Origin: Sarea resinae | Taxonomy: Eukaryota | Direction of reading: 5' to 3' | Assembly: GCA_026026165.1 (NCBI GenBank) | Contig: JAPEUD010000002.1 | Span: 124,001 to 188,000, forward strand | DNA: 64,000 nt | Part shown: one piece after another, positions 26,628-40,752 of the stretch | Numbering within the stretch: position 1 is the stretch's first letter | Layout: each line of letters opens with the position of its first letter | The notes under the pieces: model-generated | What the model was told of the DNA's origin: nothing | Seen by the model: the letters and a program-made list of their open reading frames with translations, nothing else | Database searches by the model: none | Position numbers and translations under genes: made by a program

Positions 26628-27902
26628 ATGGCTCCAGAATTCCCAAAGAAAAAGTGCGGTAAGCAATGAAGCTCGGTTCAATCCCCAGTTTTATCTTGGA
26701 CACCTGTTAATGTAGATTTCTGAAGGCGTGCTTGGCTGCACGGGCTCCGTGGGGCAGCGCTTCATTCTCCTCCTAGCTTTACACCCCTACTTTGAGCTGC
26801 ATGCGGTCGGCGCATCTGCTCGATCAGCGGGGAAAAAATACAAAGATGCGGTGCGATGGAAGCAGGCTTTGCCTATGTCCAAGGAGCTTGGCGAATTGAT
26901 CGTCAAGGAGTGTAAACCTGAAGAGTTCAGCGGATGTGACCTGATATTCTCGGGTCTAGACAGTGATGTCGCGGGAGAGATAGGTGAGCAATTAAAGTGT
27001 TATTCCGCATCTGATCATTGGCCTAACGATTCTATAGAGACGGCCTTCCTTAAATCAAGCTTCGCCATCTTCTCCAATTCTAAAAACCATCGCCGAGATC
27101 CTCTGGTTCCTCTGGTTGTTCCTACGGTCAATCTACCACACTTTGACGTCATCCCTCACCAGCGGAAACAATACGGCCTACAGAAAGGATTCCTGGCCTG
27201 CAATTCCAACTGCGCGGTCATAGGCATCGTTATCCCCTTTGCCGCTCTTCAGAGCAAATTTGGTCCTGTGAATGAGGTCAGTGTGGTGACCCTGCAGGCG
27301 GTGTCTGGTGCAGGTTATCCTGGTGTGAGCAGCATGGACATTCTCGACAATGTGGTCCCATATATCTCTGGCGAAGAAGACAAATTGGAAACAGAGGCGC
27401 AAAAGATCTTGGGATCGGTGAACCAGGGTGCAACAGCCTTTGAAGACCAGTCATCCCTGAAGATATCGGCAGCTTGCAACAGAGTCGCTGTGCTTGATGG
27501 ACATACTGCGTGCGTCTCGTTACGATTCGCTAAACGGCCAGCGCCAAGTGCAGAACAAGTCAAGCAGGCAATGCGGGACTACGTTTCCGATGCACAGAAA
27601 CTTGGCTGCCCTTCTGCGCCGGAGAATGCAATTGTAGTCATGGAGGAAGATGATCGGCCACAGCCAAGGCTAGATCGCGACACACAAAAGGGGTACGCCG
27701 TCAGCGTAGGACGGGTCAGGGCTGATGAGAGTGGGATATTTGACCTGAAATTTGTCGCTCTGAGTCACAACAGTAAGTCTTCAGTCTTCTCAGTCATTAA
27801 TTATCACTGCGATACAGCGCTGACAATCATGCAGCTGTCATTGGTGCGGCGGGTTCGTCCATTCTGAACGCGGAGGCTGCGGTATTGAAAGGTCTAGCAT
27901 AG
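26628..27902 (+). CDS. HOM2: Aspartate-semialdehyde dehydrogenase
   Basis: [13 protein letters not shown], catalytic [27 protein letters not shown]; introns 26659-26725, 26984-27037, 27773-27834; divergent from RIB5 with ~200 bp spacer. Confidence 0.96.
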
Positions 27903-28188
27903 ATGTAACCAACAAATCAACCTACTCTGGCACAGACTCCTTTGATACCTAGGTAAACATATCTCCATGGCATTATTATTGAAAGGCCGACGTCGAAGAA
28001 AAGCACAAAGTACATAGACTTGATCGGGCCGCCTTAGCGTCACACACGTCCTTGTATCGTAGACATTGGGCGATCCCGCATTCGGACCCCCGCCAAAAAG
28101 TTTGGTGATCTTTGAGTCGGGATTTCACCATTTCTTTCTTAGAGACTCACCATGAGTCTTTGACACATCCTCAATCCGAACCGCAGCC

Positions 28189-29524
28189 ATGGCCACAAAT
28201 TCAATCAAGTTGCTGACGGGCAACAGCCATCCTCAGTTGGCCAAATTGGTCGCTGATCGGTACGGCTTTGATGAAGACTTCCGCCATTGAGAGATCGACA
28301 TCGCTGACCAGCTGCCGCAGCTTAGGCATCGAGTTGACCAAGATTATGGTCTTGCAGTATTCCAACCAAGAGACTTCAGTGACGATAGGAGAGTCGGTGC
28401 GAGATGAGGATGGTATGACTGCGCATCATCAGCCCATGGCTGTGCCATCATCTCCCCGAATCCCAAGCTGACCAGCTCCCTCTTCCATCAAAGTCTTCAT
28501 CTTGCAGTCGACTGCCCCCGGCGACATCAACGATGGCCTCATGGAGCTCCTCATCATGATCAACGCCTGCAAGACCGCCTCTGCACGCCGCATCACTGCT
28601 GTCATCCCCAACTTCCCCTACGCCCGCCAGGACAAGAAGGACAAGTCCCGCGCGCCTATCACAGCGAAGCTCATGGCCAATATGCTGCAGACGGCAGGTT
28701 GCACACATGTAATCACGATGGATCTTCACGCCAGTCAGATCCAGGGCTTCTTTAACGTGCCCGTGGATAATCTGTATGCGGAGCCTAGTACCTTGCGGTG
28801 GATTCGGGAGAACTTGGATGTGGCGCAGTGTGTTATTGTCAGTCCGGATGCCGGAGGCGCGAAGAGGTATGTGATACCATCCTGACTTGCATCTCTGGCT
28901 CCTCCATCGTTGCAGAATGGCGGGGACCACCCACACGAAAGCTGATACGGTCTAATCAACACAGAGCCACGTCCATTGCCGACCGCCTCGATCTCGGCTT
29001 CGCGCTCATCCACAAAGAGCGTGCCCGCCCCAACGAGGTCAGCCGCATGGTGCTCGTCGGCGACGTCAAAGACCGCATCGCCATCATCGTCGATGACATG
29101 GCAGACACATGCGGCACGCTCGTCAAAGCCGCCGACACGGTCATGAACCACGGGGCCAAAGAATGCGTGGCCATCGTAACGCACGGCATCCTCAGCGGAA
29201 ACGCAATCGAGACGCTGAATGGCAGTCGCTTGTCTAGACTTGTAGTAACGAATACGGTCCCGCATGAGGGCAAGAAGGAGCTTTGCTCCCGGATCGAGAC
29301 TATCGATATCAGTCCCACCGTAAGTATCTCGTGCCCACCACGCAGCCTCTACTGTTCCTCATATTTCCCCTCTCTCCCTCACTATCCGTACATCCAATCC
29401 CCAGGCTCAATATCACAACACTGACACCTACACCCATTATTCTCCACAGCTCGCCGAAGCATGCAGACGAACTCACAACGGCGAGAGCGTTTCGTTCCTC
29501 TTCAGCCACGCGCCCACCGAATAA
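28189..29524 (+). CDS. PRS2: Ribose-phosphate pyrophosphokinase (Prs2/Prs4-like)
   Basis: [58 protein letters not shown]; introns 28260-28320, 28413-28493, 28867-28964, 29320-29449. Confidence 0.93.
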
Positions 29525-30239
29525 AGCGCGCGGCCCTACGGACCAGTTTACTTATTTCCAATCCGGTCACCAGCTACTACCCGCCCGACAGAGAGCAAAG
29601 ACGATAAGACGACCAAGAAGAAGGGTGTGATCTGAAAAGGGAGGACAGGAGGAGGAAGTAGAAACGGAGACTTTGGGAGGATTTGATATCATGACACTGC
29701 ATACGGCGTTTTAATTTTTTGTTCATATAGGGTTTCTTGATATCATCAATGTGAAGGACGTGAAATGTAAAAAAAAAATGGGAAGGCCAGTTGGCAATCT
29801 ACACCGATTCCATGTCACTATGCTCAGTGAGGCTGACTCGAGGATTTGAAGAGGATTGATGCGGATTCTTCGAGTCAGACGAGGACCCAGGCGACGGAGC
29901 CATCACAGAACGAAGTGATCAAATCAGAGATCATGAAAACATTTGAATTGTCCCTATGCGTTTCGAATGCTGATGTCGATCGATGCTTTTTTTGTAGTAC
30001 ATCCGTTCATCCATAGTCATCCTCTATCACGAGCGAGGGAAGGCAAGCCGTGGATCAAGTAGCCGACCATTTCCTCTCACTTTCGTCTCCAGCGACCGCG
30101 CCGCCCCACCACTCCTCAAAAACACCTCCAGTATGATTTTTGATGACAGATCTAAGCCCGCGAATATAGCTAGCCTTTCCTTGCACATCCATCCATTACC
30201 GGCACTTCCACGCAACTCAATCCGACTTCCGACTTCCGC

Positions 30240-31219
30240 CTACTTCCTCATCGACGATGCTCTCCGCTTCCTCAACTCGGATTTCTTGGCCTTCTCCTCA
30301 TTGACACGCTTGGCGAGGGTTTGAGCATACTCGTTCTGTTCGGAATAAGTCAGTAAAAGTCACAATTTGAAGGCATAAGTGTAGATGGCCTGATTGATTT
30401 AGGGCGGGACATCGTGAGTGGGGATTCAGGCGAGTGTGAACTGAGGATATGTATGTGGGAGCTGGAAGACAGAATGGACATACAGCAGCATCCTTGGAGG
30501 CCTCAGCATGACGACGCTTGAGTGCGATGCGGTGACGCTTGTGTTGCAGACGTTGGGGAGTGACGAGACGCTGGATGCGCGGGGCCTTGGTGTACGGCTT
30601 GGCGCCCTCCTTCTTGGGCTGGACCTCGCGGCGGATGACGAACTTGCGGACCTGTAGAATCGGAAAGTCAGCAATGAGGGTCATTTTTGAAGCTATGGCA
30701 ACGACGCAATATCCCTCGATATGGCAATTGATCAAGCAGAGCAGAAAAGAAGAAAATACGCACATCGTCCTCCTTGGTCAGGCCAAAGAATCGCCTAATC
30801 TTGGTGGCACGCTTGGGTCCGAGACGCTTGGGGTGGACGACGTCGGTCAAGCCCGGGATGTCGTTCTCGCCCTGCTTGACGATGGAGAGAGCAAGGACGG
30901 AGAGATCCATAGCGACGATGCAGCCACGGACACTCTTGCGCTTGCGCTCACCAGTGCGGCGGGGGCGGTAGCAGCTGTGGCCATCGCTGAGTAGAAGCCT
31001 CACACGCGTTGGGTGCATGACGCCCTGCTTCATGGGGAAACCCTGCTTGTCGTTGCCGCCGGTGATCTTGAAGACGTAGCCCTTGAACTCATCGCCGACG
31101 CTGTCGCCGGGCACCTCGTGGCCCATACGGCGCTCCATGAAGACGCGCAGCTTGCGCTCATCTTCGACTTCGATCAGCTTCTGCGACCCGTTGGCCGGGT
31201 AGGAAATGTTCAGCTTCAT
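30240..31219 (-). CDS. RPS6: 40S ribosomal protein S6 (eS6)
   Basis: [14 protein letters not shown]..., [26 protein letters not shown]-terminal RRASSMRK*; introns 30652-30763 and 30336-30483. Confidence 0.98.
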
Positions 31220-31466
31220 CTTGACGGGGTCTGGTGTGAACCTCCTCTCGCTCTCGACGGCGGAGTCAAGATGGTAGCTGGGTGGTGAGGTTGGTGTTTG
31301 TCGAAGTTGTCGAAGTTGTCGAGGTTGGTCGTGTGGAATTGGTGATGGGGGACTGGCTTCTCACTGCGAATCTCGCTTCTCGCTTAGCTTCAGTGTGGTC
31401 TCTTGTTCGCCAATTGCCCTTAGCGAAAGCGTAGTGTGTGCTCGCTTCGATTAGATTAGGGCCCGC

Positions 31467-31775
31467 TTAGGGCTCGCGCCCCTCGTCAACTTCCAGTCCG
31501 ACGTTGATGTTGTCGAGAATGTCATCGAAGTCGTCGTCGTCCCACAAGGGATCAAGCAGCAACTCTAGCGCGTCGAACAGCTCTGCTCCGAGATCGAGCA
31601 GGCCCTCCCGAAGTGCCCTGTTTGTGATGAAGAGCGATGCGATTGTAATTATGAAGATGGCATACGTCACGATCCCATGTACGAGGATGACCATTGGCAG
31701 TGGGAATGATACGACGGTTGCGAAATTGCATGGAAGGCTTAGAGCAAGTGACTTCTTTGATGCTTTCTTTGGCAA
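31467..31775 (-). CDS. Possible last exon/small ORF of an unknown protein with one hydrophobic helix and an acidic tail
   Basis: ILVHGIVTYAIFIITIASLFI hydrophobic stretch then WDDDDFDDILD; non-ATG start, no family recognised. Confidence 0.25.
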   Translation of the reverse strand: MPKKASKKSLALSLPCNFATVVSFPLPMVILVHGIVTYAIFIITIASLFITNRALREGLLDLGAELFDALELLLDPLWDDDDFDDILDNINVGLEVDEGREP

Positions 31776-33569
31776 ATGGTACCTTTACTATCAGTCGGCC
31801 TTCTGTCGTCCCGATATTTTGCTGTTGTGGCTCTTTGATTTCGACATATCCACTTTCTGATCTGCTGGCACCTACGGGTCTTTGATAAGAGATGGCTTAT
31901 GGCTAGGTACTGTTCTTGCCTTTTCACCACAGAGTATAATCACATTTGGTAGCAGAGCAAATCGAAACCGATTCCACCCCTGGCATCTGCTTTATTTACC
32001 GTGCTTCGCCAGAGCTTCAGCTTCATCAACGCTTTCCCGACCTGAGAGGCTCTTCCGGGTGCTCACTGATAGGTTCATTCACGGTAGGCATTGAAGCGGG
32101 TGAGGAAAAGCCGTGCTCGGCATGAGATGGCAGTCACAGTTCGAGTCCGATAGAATGAGTAGACTTCACCGCAGGCAGCATTTCTTCTGTGAAAACAGAA
32201 GCATACCGAACGTGTTACCCAATTAACGGTCTTCTAGCCTTTAGGAGAAACATCTTCTCTGCCTATCCCAGAGCTTATCCAGGTAATAGCACTTCGGCAA
32301 CGGCCTTTGACCAAACCGGCCAATCAGGAGAGCAGGTTCTACTCCAGAACGGGCAGTGCACTCGGTGAAGCCGTCGTCAATGAGCGTCACGTCCTTGCGG
32401 CCTCAAACTGAGCTGTGACGGACATATTCAAGGTCTCAACCTCATCTATGAGGTGATGAATTGATTCTCAGCGAGCAACTGATGGGGAGCTCAGGCCTCT
32501 AACTATATAAACAGCCTCCTGTCTTCCCGCATCTTTGTTTTGTTCATCTTCAGATAATCCCAACAATGTCGACTCTGGCTTCACATATGGAAACGGTAAA
32601 ACTTCAGACAATGCCTACTCGATAGGAGGGAATATCAAGGAGGCCGCTTACCGTAACCGCGAACTTCAAATCCCGGTACAGCGTCAGACATAAAGATCCT
32701 GAAGAAAAGTCCGACACGATGTACAAAGAGCGGCATATTGGATATACTCATAGAAACAACTGCACGAAGTCTGGTGTAAATCTTGACATACCGCTGTTGA
32801 CAACTTCGTGGACAACTTGGAAGTTGGAATCGAGACCGAGCTCTTCCTTCCCGCGCCCCAGGACCAGTTTGGTCAATAGCCAAGAGCTCGATCTGGCCGA
32901 GATCACATAGCCCCAGTGCTGTCGATAGATCATCGACCCACCGGTCCAAAAAGTCCAAATGTTCCACTCCATGCAGTCCATCAGCCCAGTTAGGGGATTT
33001 TCGACCGACTGTTTGTACCGTTTGGACAGCCAGAATAGTTTTGGTCGGGCATTCCCACCAGCATTCATATACAGCCCCTGGAACTAAGGGGCACCATATG
33101 CCGAATTAGGGAGGTTGAAGTCTATCTATCCAAACGGACTAATCGATTCAGTCCAATCCCCAAACCCTTGAATTGGCCATCAAAATAGCCCTGTTATCCC
33201 CAGAGCCTGCCCTCTTTCCAAACGGCGCAAGGGGATCAGTGAACCTGCGGCTTTTGTTGGAGTCGTCGAACGCCCATAGAGGCTAGAATAACATATCAAG
33301 GGCATACTGGTGATCCCTTACTCAAACATTCATCAAGTCTTTCCATGCAAGGAGCTGAAGGTCTCTGACAAAGTCGGAGACCGACTCGCATCCTCTTGGC
33401 GGTCGTGAAGAATGCCACGCTTCATTCAAGAGCAGGAAATCCTTTCGGTCCGCGAACAGATCAGGTTTGAATATCGTTCTGGGGATGATTTGGAGGAGGA
33501 AGGAATATGAACAGCCGTTATCAGGGGGCGAAAGCTTACCTCCGCACAATGGCTACAAAGAATTCAGAC

Positions 33570-34150
33570 AGACTAGGCCAGATATAGCCTATTGCATTGG
33601 CAAACTCTCTCAGTACCTCCATAGGCCTTCCTCCGATCATTGGCTGGTACTCAAAGGACTGCTACATTACCTGAAAGGATCGATATCATGAGGTTTTGAG
33701 TTCCATGGATTCGATTCCATTGAAATGATTGGCGATTCAGATGCCGATTACGGCGGAGAAAAGGACTCTAGAAATTCAGCCTCTGGCTACATATTTCTCT
33801 TAGGTGGTGGACCTATATCATGGGCATCCAAGAGACAGACCTCCGTGGCTATGTCGAGGTGTGAATCAGAGTACATGGCACTAGCCATCGACTCTCAGAA
33901 ATCCACATGGCTGCGCTACCTCACAAAGTTACAGCACAATCCCCATCATCCAATGATGTTATATGGAGACAACGTGTCATCTATAGTTCTTACTGAAGCC
34001 TCAGGGTTCCACCAAGGTCCAAGCATGTGGAGATAAGATACCAATTTACCAGTGAGGCAGTTCGCAACGGTCACATCAAGATCAGCCATGTTCCTTCCGA
34101 ATTGATGGCAGCAGACGGTTTGACTAAGCCACTAGATAGACTGTAATTTG
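33570..34150 (+). mobile_element. Ty1/copia retrotransposon fragment (end of RT + RNase H), degenerate
   Basis: TRPDIAYCIGKLSQYL, DSDADYGG, GYIFLLGGGPISWASKRQTSVAMSRCESEYMAL, YGDN, KHVEIRY, MAADGLTKPL; stops and a frameshift; no LTRs seen. Confidence 0.92.
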
Positions 34151-35769
34151 ACCTCTTTTTAAGCCAGACCCAGCAGACAAAGCACCGCAACTTTATGGCT
34201 ATTGCAGGGGATATGGCGTGGGATATTCACCAGAAGGTGCGGTTCTATTGCTTGTCTCTCCTCGTTTTCCTACTCCATTTCTAGTGTTCATTGCCTCCTG
34301 AATTGAGCATCGAGATCAACCTGTTTCCCTGTTTTTTGCAGACTATTTACGAGGTGGGAGTGTTGCAGTATTCACCACCGGGAAATCCTCAACAGTTGTG
34401 GGAAAATAGAAACTACAAGACGCGTTGTCAGCTCCGCAAATTTCGGAAAATGCTTTTCAACAGACACAAGACCTCCTACCCTACGATTGGTACAGGGAAT
34501 CGGCCATTATGATGCCAGAACTCTAACCGTTTCCCACGCTACACGGTCCACCTCTTTGAGACCGCTCTAGGCAACTGAGACCATATCGGACTATAGAATA
34601 GTGGCGACAACGCACTTTTGACTCGATGAGACTAGGTGTCTTCAGATCTAATTCTATTGTCGCTAAAACGAACCGGAACAGCCATCCTAACTTTGCAAGG
34701 TACACAGAATTTCTTGGCCAAACAATTGGCTTTCGTTTAACGTTTGCCTGATTACAAGCGTTGCGGCATGAAAGAGAGGCCCCTGCCCACCATCCCAAAG
34801 CCATTAGGCAACAGGACCGACGATACACGAGCTTCAGAGCCTTTTCAATGACGAGTGGCAGGGCCACTCCGATCACTTGCTTTTGCGCGAAGAAAACCAC
34901 GGAATGCTTCCTTCTGCCATGATCAAACGCCGGAAGCTACAAAACTACAAACGACAGAGGCTTTTGTGTCAGAATTCCAGAAGTAGCAATCGGTAAAACG
35001 CAGGCCCACCAGGATGGTTGAGATGCATATGGTAATTTCTTTCGGGGGCAACTCAGACTAGGGACCTCATTACACTTTCCTGGACGATCATGATGAATTA
35101 GGGGTGGATTGTGAAGCGCGTCGGTTCGTTCCAAGATGCGAATGGAAGCCCAGGGTGAGCTCGTTCCACCACACCCCGAGGTGATTCGAAGAAACGTCGA
35201 AAGGTACCGCACCTTGACGTTGCTTCAGCCGCCTACCAGGTTGATGGATACGACTGAGAAAAACCACATGCTACACCTGTCAGCATCTGCGTGTCGCGAG
35301 CTTGATAGACTGGAACTTTGGAAAGCCTATACTCTCGTCGTTTTCGTTTGCGAGAGTTGTCGAGCCTACCTCTAAGATGGCAAATGGGAGCTACATTGTG
35401 AATTGGTTAGTCTACCCAATCCACCCATTTCTTCCCATCATCAGAAGCAACCAAGGCACAACACCGTGGCTATCGAGCCCAGGGTTGTCAACTCACAATG
35501 CATCCTTCGGTTTTTGAAAACACAAATTTGCCCTCGGACCTGAGGCGATTGATCTTGGAAGCTTTTGGACTTTAGATTCTTTTTGAGAAAAAAAAAACAA
35601 ATATCTCTACGCCTCACCCAATGAGGTTCTCATATCATCACACAGAAACAGAACTCCCAATTGACTCGTTCGATCTAAGCAATTACTTCAACGCCAACGC
35701 CAACGCCAACGCCGACGTCAATTTGGTATTCGACTTCGACGCCTTCGACGTGAGTAGTCGAAGTCCGAA

Positions 35770-36240
35770 CTAAATTGAGAACAACCTAATCTCAGAAGCT
35801 GAAAGATTTGGCACAAGGGGCGCACAATTTTAACATGGGATCAGATGGTGCTGTCCAAGCCGTTATTGGACTGAGTATCGAGTACAGAGATTCTCGAAAA
35901 GCTTCGATCTCGATATGGGAGCCGGACTGAAAAGAAATCAGCGCTGATCGTTAAGAATTGGGGTGCGTTAAGATTGTGAATGATCTGGTACGCTACTGCA
36001 ACTTTTCGAGGCTCATTTCCAGCCAACTAATGGCAATTCGTTACAAATAATGATGGGACACCTTGTCAAGGCGGTTCTGTTCATCTCTAACTCGGGCAAT
36101 TCGCCAACCCAGAACTTATCAACTCATTCAGACCTTTCGACAATAGGCCCATCTCAATCTCAGCGGAGTAGCTTACTCATGAACTCGATGATGCAGAGGA
36201 CTTATACCGATTCACTCAGCAAAGCCTAGACTTCGATAAC
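35770..36240 (+). pseudogene. Relic of a fungal PD-(D/E)XK / Uma2-like nuclease-fold protein
   Basis: (IE)T*SQKLKDLAQGAHNFNMGSDGAVQAVIGLSIEYRDSRKASISIWEP* and downstream PISISAE*LTHELDDAE recall the 'IEvsYSQKxKdL..YIlgSDGnI..VIGldIEY..sKkAtlSvWrP' fungal family. Confidence 0.55.
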
Positions 36241-37003
36241 AGCAAGACTATCGTCCGAAAACGAGACTGATCCTCAAGCTCTCAGCAGTGCTGCCAACGG
36301 CCCAAGACTCTTGGACTGGACCGACAGGGCAGAAGTCTGGGGCCAAATTACCATTTGCATTCAGGGCTGTGTAGGATTGCCGGTAGGTATGCCTGAAAAG
36401 AAAAGCTCGGCGGTCCGAATGGTCCACACAGTTGGTCCATGGCCCTTGGACGAGGCCTTTAGACTGCGTAGACTGGACCATTTGGACCGATGGACCGACA
36501 GACCTTTCGCAGCACTGCTCGAGAGCATATCCCGTCGAGTGACGAAGACGAAAGACGGGCCGCGAAGCGCGCTGCGCTGGATGAAGACTACTAGTTCGAC
36601 TCTTAGGCTGACAGTAACTCTAATACTAGCGCAAGCTAGAGATGATTGCCTTGTCTTTGTCCTGCGGCGCAAGTGACGTTCCTTGGCGTACGTTGGCGCA
36701 CATTTTGGCGTACATTACACCTGTCATTCACTAGAATGAACCGATGATATTCAGTAGATAACAAAAAACTCGGAGCCTTACAAGCCTCCGAGCATATGAA
36801 ACTGTCTGTCAAATCTGATATGTACTTGAACAAACGAAAGCTCCTTAAGAGTGCGCTGCTCTTTGGTTCAGATAGTTCGACACCTCACTAGAAGTGTATT
36901 TAAGATCATCTTGCCCTTCCCCGACACTAGATAGCCTGTAGAAATGCGACTGGAATTGAAGGTTTTCGTACTTATCCAAAATTCTAAACTGTTCAGCTCG
37001 TCA

Positions 37004-38427
<1,424 letters not shown>

Positions 38428-39378
38428 GCTTGTAGCCTTTGACACGTCTCTGAGGAACACCGACGATAGAGAGTTCCAACACAATAGAGTATCATTCTGG
38501 CCACTCTGTCACCAGTGACAGTCGCTGCATTATCTATCGTCATATAATAAAGGGGGCAAGCAAGCATCTCAACGGAAACCCGCGGGCCAAGCCAGCAGTG
38601 ATCAATCCTCCAAACAGACCCCAGCAGACGGCAAAGATGCCACACGCTCGTACCCCTCGCTCCTATCCATCACTGGAAACATCACACTTTTCGCAGCGTC
38701 TGGCCGCCGGGTACCTCACAATCCAGACGACAATCAATAAACCAGGGATGCAATCGGATAACGGAGATCCGCGGCTATCAACGGTGATCTACCGATCCGT
38801 GCGGGGAACAGCCAACCTGGGGTCACCGCATACGGTTAGTCGTCCCCGAATACGGGCCAAGATATGCGCCCGTGGGATCTACCTTCCTGTCAGTGCGCAT
38901 GGCCTTCTATGTTGACGACGACGCGAGCGTGCGCGCAGCCGATGCTGGGGAAACAGGGTCGTGATATCTTGACTAGCGATAAGCCGCTCCCTAGGCAAGA
39001 GTATTGATGACGGGCTCGGAGATCCTGATGGGCTCGAACGGCTTAAGGAGCGTTCGGTCTTTGGCGGCGGAACCCCCCCTCCTCCCCCCCCCCCATTGAC
39101 ACCATGATTTTGGCATTGACCGAGAGTTCTGTGCCTTTTACTCGGAGAACACAGCCATTCATAACTCGTCTAGATCCATAGAATCGACTAAGTCGAGCTC
39201 ACTCCATGAAGTTACTCTCCTATTCCACACTGATCAATCCATCTTTCGAAAACATCAGATCACAGGACCTCAACATCTATCCCACATCACCTCCCTAGCA
39301 AGGACCTACTCTTCTGCCTCTTCTCATCTTGTTGCTTTTCATGCTTGTCCTCATTCTCGCGTCTCATCCACCAAAACA
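38428..39378. promoter_or_regulatory. Bidirectional promoter between hppD and the TPR gene; CGG-triplet cluster (possible Zn2Cys6 sites), GATA motifs, poly-C tract
   Basis: Divergent ATGs; CGGATAACGG 38755-38764, CGGCTATCAACGG 38772-38784; C-rich tract ~39073-39094. Confidence 0.4.
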
Positions 39379-40752
39379 ATGCAGCCCATCAGTGTCTCCA
39401 CCACGGCCCCCCTGACGCCAGCAGACACATGGATCCTAACCACAATCTTCGACCCGGAAAGCTCCCCCTCCAGCAAAAACGCCCCCATAACCGTCGACGC
39501 TTCCCTGCCTCCCGACCCTCATCTCAATCCCGCTCTATTTGCGCAGCTGAAGCAGAGGGAACTCGCCATCATCGCGCGTGTCGAGCAATCGCTTCTTCTT
39601 TGCGAGACGACTCGACGGCAGCAGGGGGCTGCTGGGAAACGACAAGAACGACAAGAACAGATACCGGACCCCATCTTCACCCGCGCACTGGCAGAGCTAT
39701 CGGACCTGATAGCCGAACACCCGCTCTCTGCCTCCTTGCGGAACAACCGGGCCCAGCTTCTGCGCCTGAGATACGGCGACGGCGTCTTGCTCCAGCGTGA
39801 CAGGGTGGATGTTCCTACACCAACGCCCAAACAAACGCCAAGTCCAGCAACCACTACAACGACCACCACTACCACCTCTTCAACGACGACGACAACGACA
39901 ACAGCAGGCACCCTCGCCCTCTCGGATCTCAATCTCGCCATCCAACTCCTGACCGCTCCTGCTTTATCTCCACTCTCACCCCCATCACCATCACCATCTC
40001 CCCTATCCTCATCTCGCATCCCGTATTCCCACGCCTCAGCACCTCTTCCGTGCTCCGCCGCCACCGCCGAATCACCTCTACCTCCACAGCAACAAATGCA
40101 CTCCGCCTCAGCAGTGGCAGCGAACAGCAGCATCGTGACCACCACTACAACGACGAACACAAGCACGAACACGAGCACGAGCAGCAACACGAGCAGCAGT
40201 ATATCGCCAGCACAGCGCAGAACCCTAGCGCAAGCCCACACGCAACGCGGAGCGCTGTTCCTCGCGGCCGCCAAGTCGCTGCAGCAGCGCCAGCATCAGC
40301 AGCGCCAGCATCAGCAGCGCCAGCATCAGCGAGGAGCCTCTCTGCCATCTCCGTCTTCATCTCCATCTTCTTCCCCTTCTCCTCCCCCCTTTCCAACCCT
40401 TTCTCCGTCCGCCAACGACAACGCTGGCTCCTCCCACCCATCGCACACGGTCCCTCTCCCACTACACCACTCACTCCCCACGGAACCATACGACGACGAC
40501 AACAACAACAACAACAACAACAACAACGACAACGACGCAGAGGCCCTAAGCGCAGCCTCGTCGCGCGACCTCCGGCTCGGCGGCATCTACGGAAACGCCC
40601 TCGCGCGCTCGCTGGCCGTGGCGACGAATCCGACGGCCAAGCTGTGCGGGCAGATGGTCAGGGAGGCGATGATACGGGAGGGCTGCTGTGCAGCTGAAGC
40701 CGGAGCTGAAGCCGGAGCTGAAGCCGGAGCTGAAGCCGGAGCTGGGGTGTGA
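39379..40752 (+). CDS. TTC36-like tetratricopeptide-repeat protein, probable HppD accessory factor HmgX, with in-frame microsatellite expansions
   Basis: ASLRNNRAQLLRL, ALSDLNLAIQL, AQAHTQRGALF, GIYGNALARSLAVATNPTAKLCGQMVREAM resemble TTC36 motifs; head-to-head with hppD. Confidence 0.75.
   Translation: MQPISVSTTAPLTPADTWILTTIFDPESSPSSKNAPITVDASLPPDPHLNPALFAQLKQRELAIIARVEQSLLLCETTRRQQGAAGKRQERQEQIPDPIFTRALAELSDLIAEHPLSASLRNNRAQLLRLRYGDGVLLQRDRVDVPTPTPKQTPSPATTTTTTTTTSSTTTTTTTAGTLALSDLNLAIQLLTAPALSPLSPPSPSPSPLSSSRIPYSHASAPLPCSAATAESPLPPQQQMHSASAVAANSSIVTTTTTTNTSTNTSTSSNTSSSISPAQRRTLAQAHTQRGALFLAAAKSLQQRQHQQRQHQQRQHQRGASLPSPSSSPSSSPSPPPFPTLSPSANDNAGSSHPSHTVPLPLHHSLPTEPYDDDNNNNNNNNNDNDAEALSAASSRDLRLGGIYGNALARSLAVATNPTAKLCGQMVREAMIREGCCAAEAGAEAGAEAGAEAGAGV
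40266..40745 (+). repeat. Coding tandem repeats: (cagcgccagcatcag)x3, (aac)n, (gctgaagccgga)x4
   Basis: Seen directly; encode QRQHQ repeats, poly-N and AEAG repeats; poly-T tracts also at ~39848-39903 and ~40138-40155. Confidence 0.9.

Noticed and set aside
30336..30763. snoRNAs in RPS6 introns
   Set aside because: No convincing box C/D pair with terminal stem or H/ACA structure seen
32560..33470. Possible amidoligase-like pseudogene (EVGIETELFL)
   Set aside because: Single short motif; no downstream family motifs recognisable
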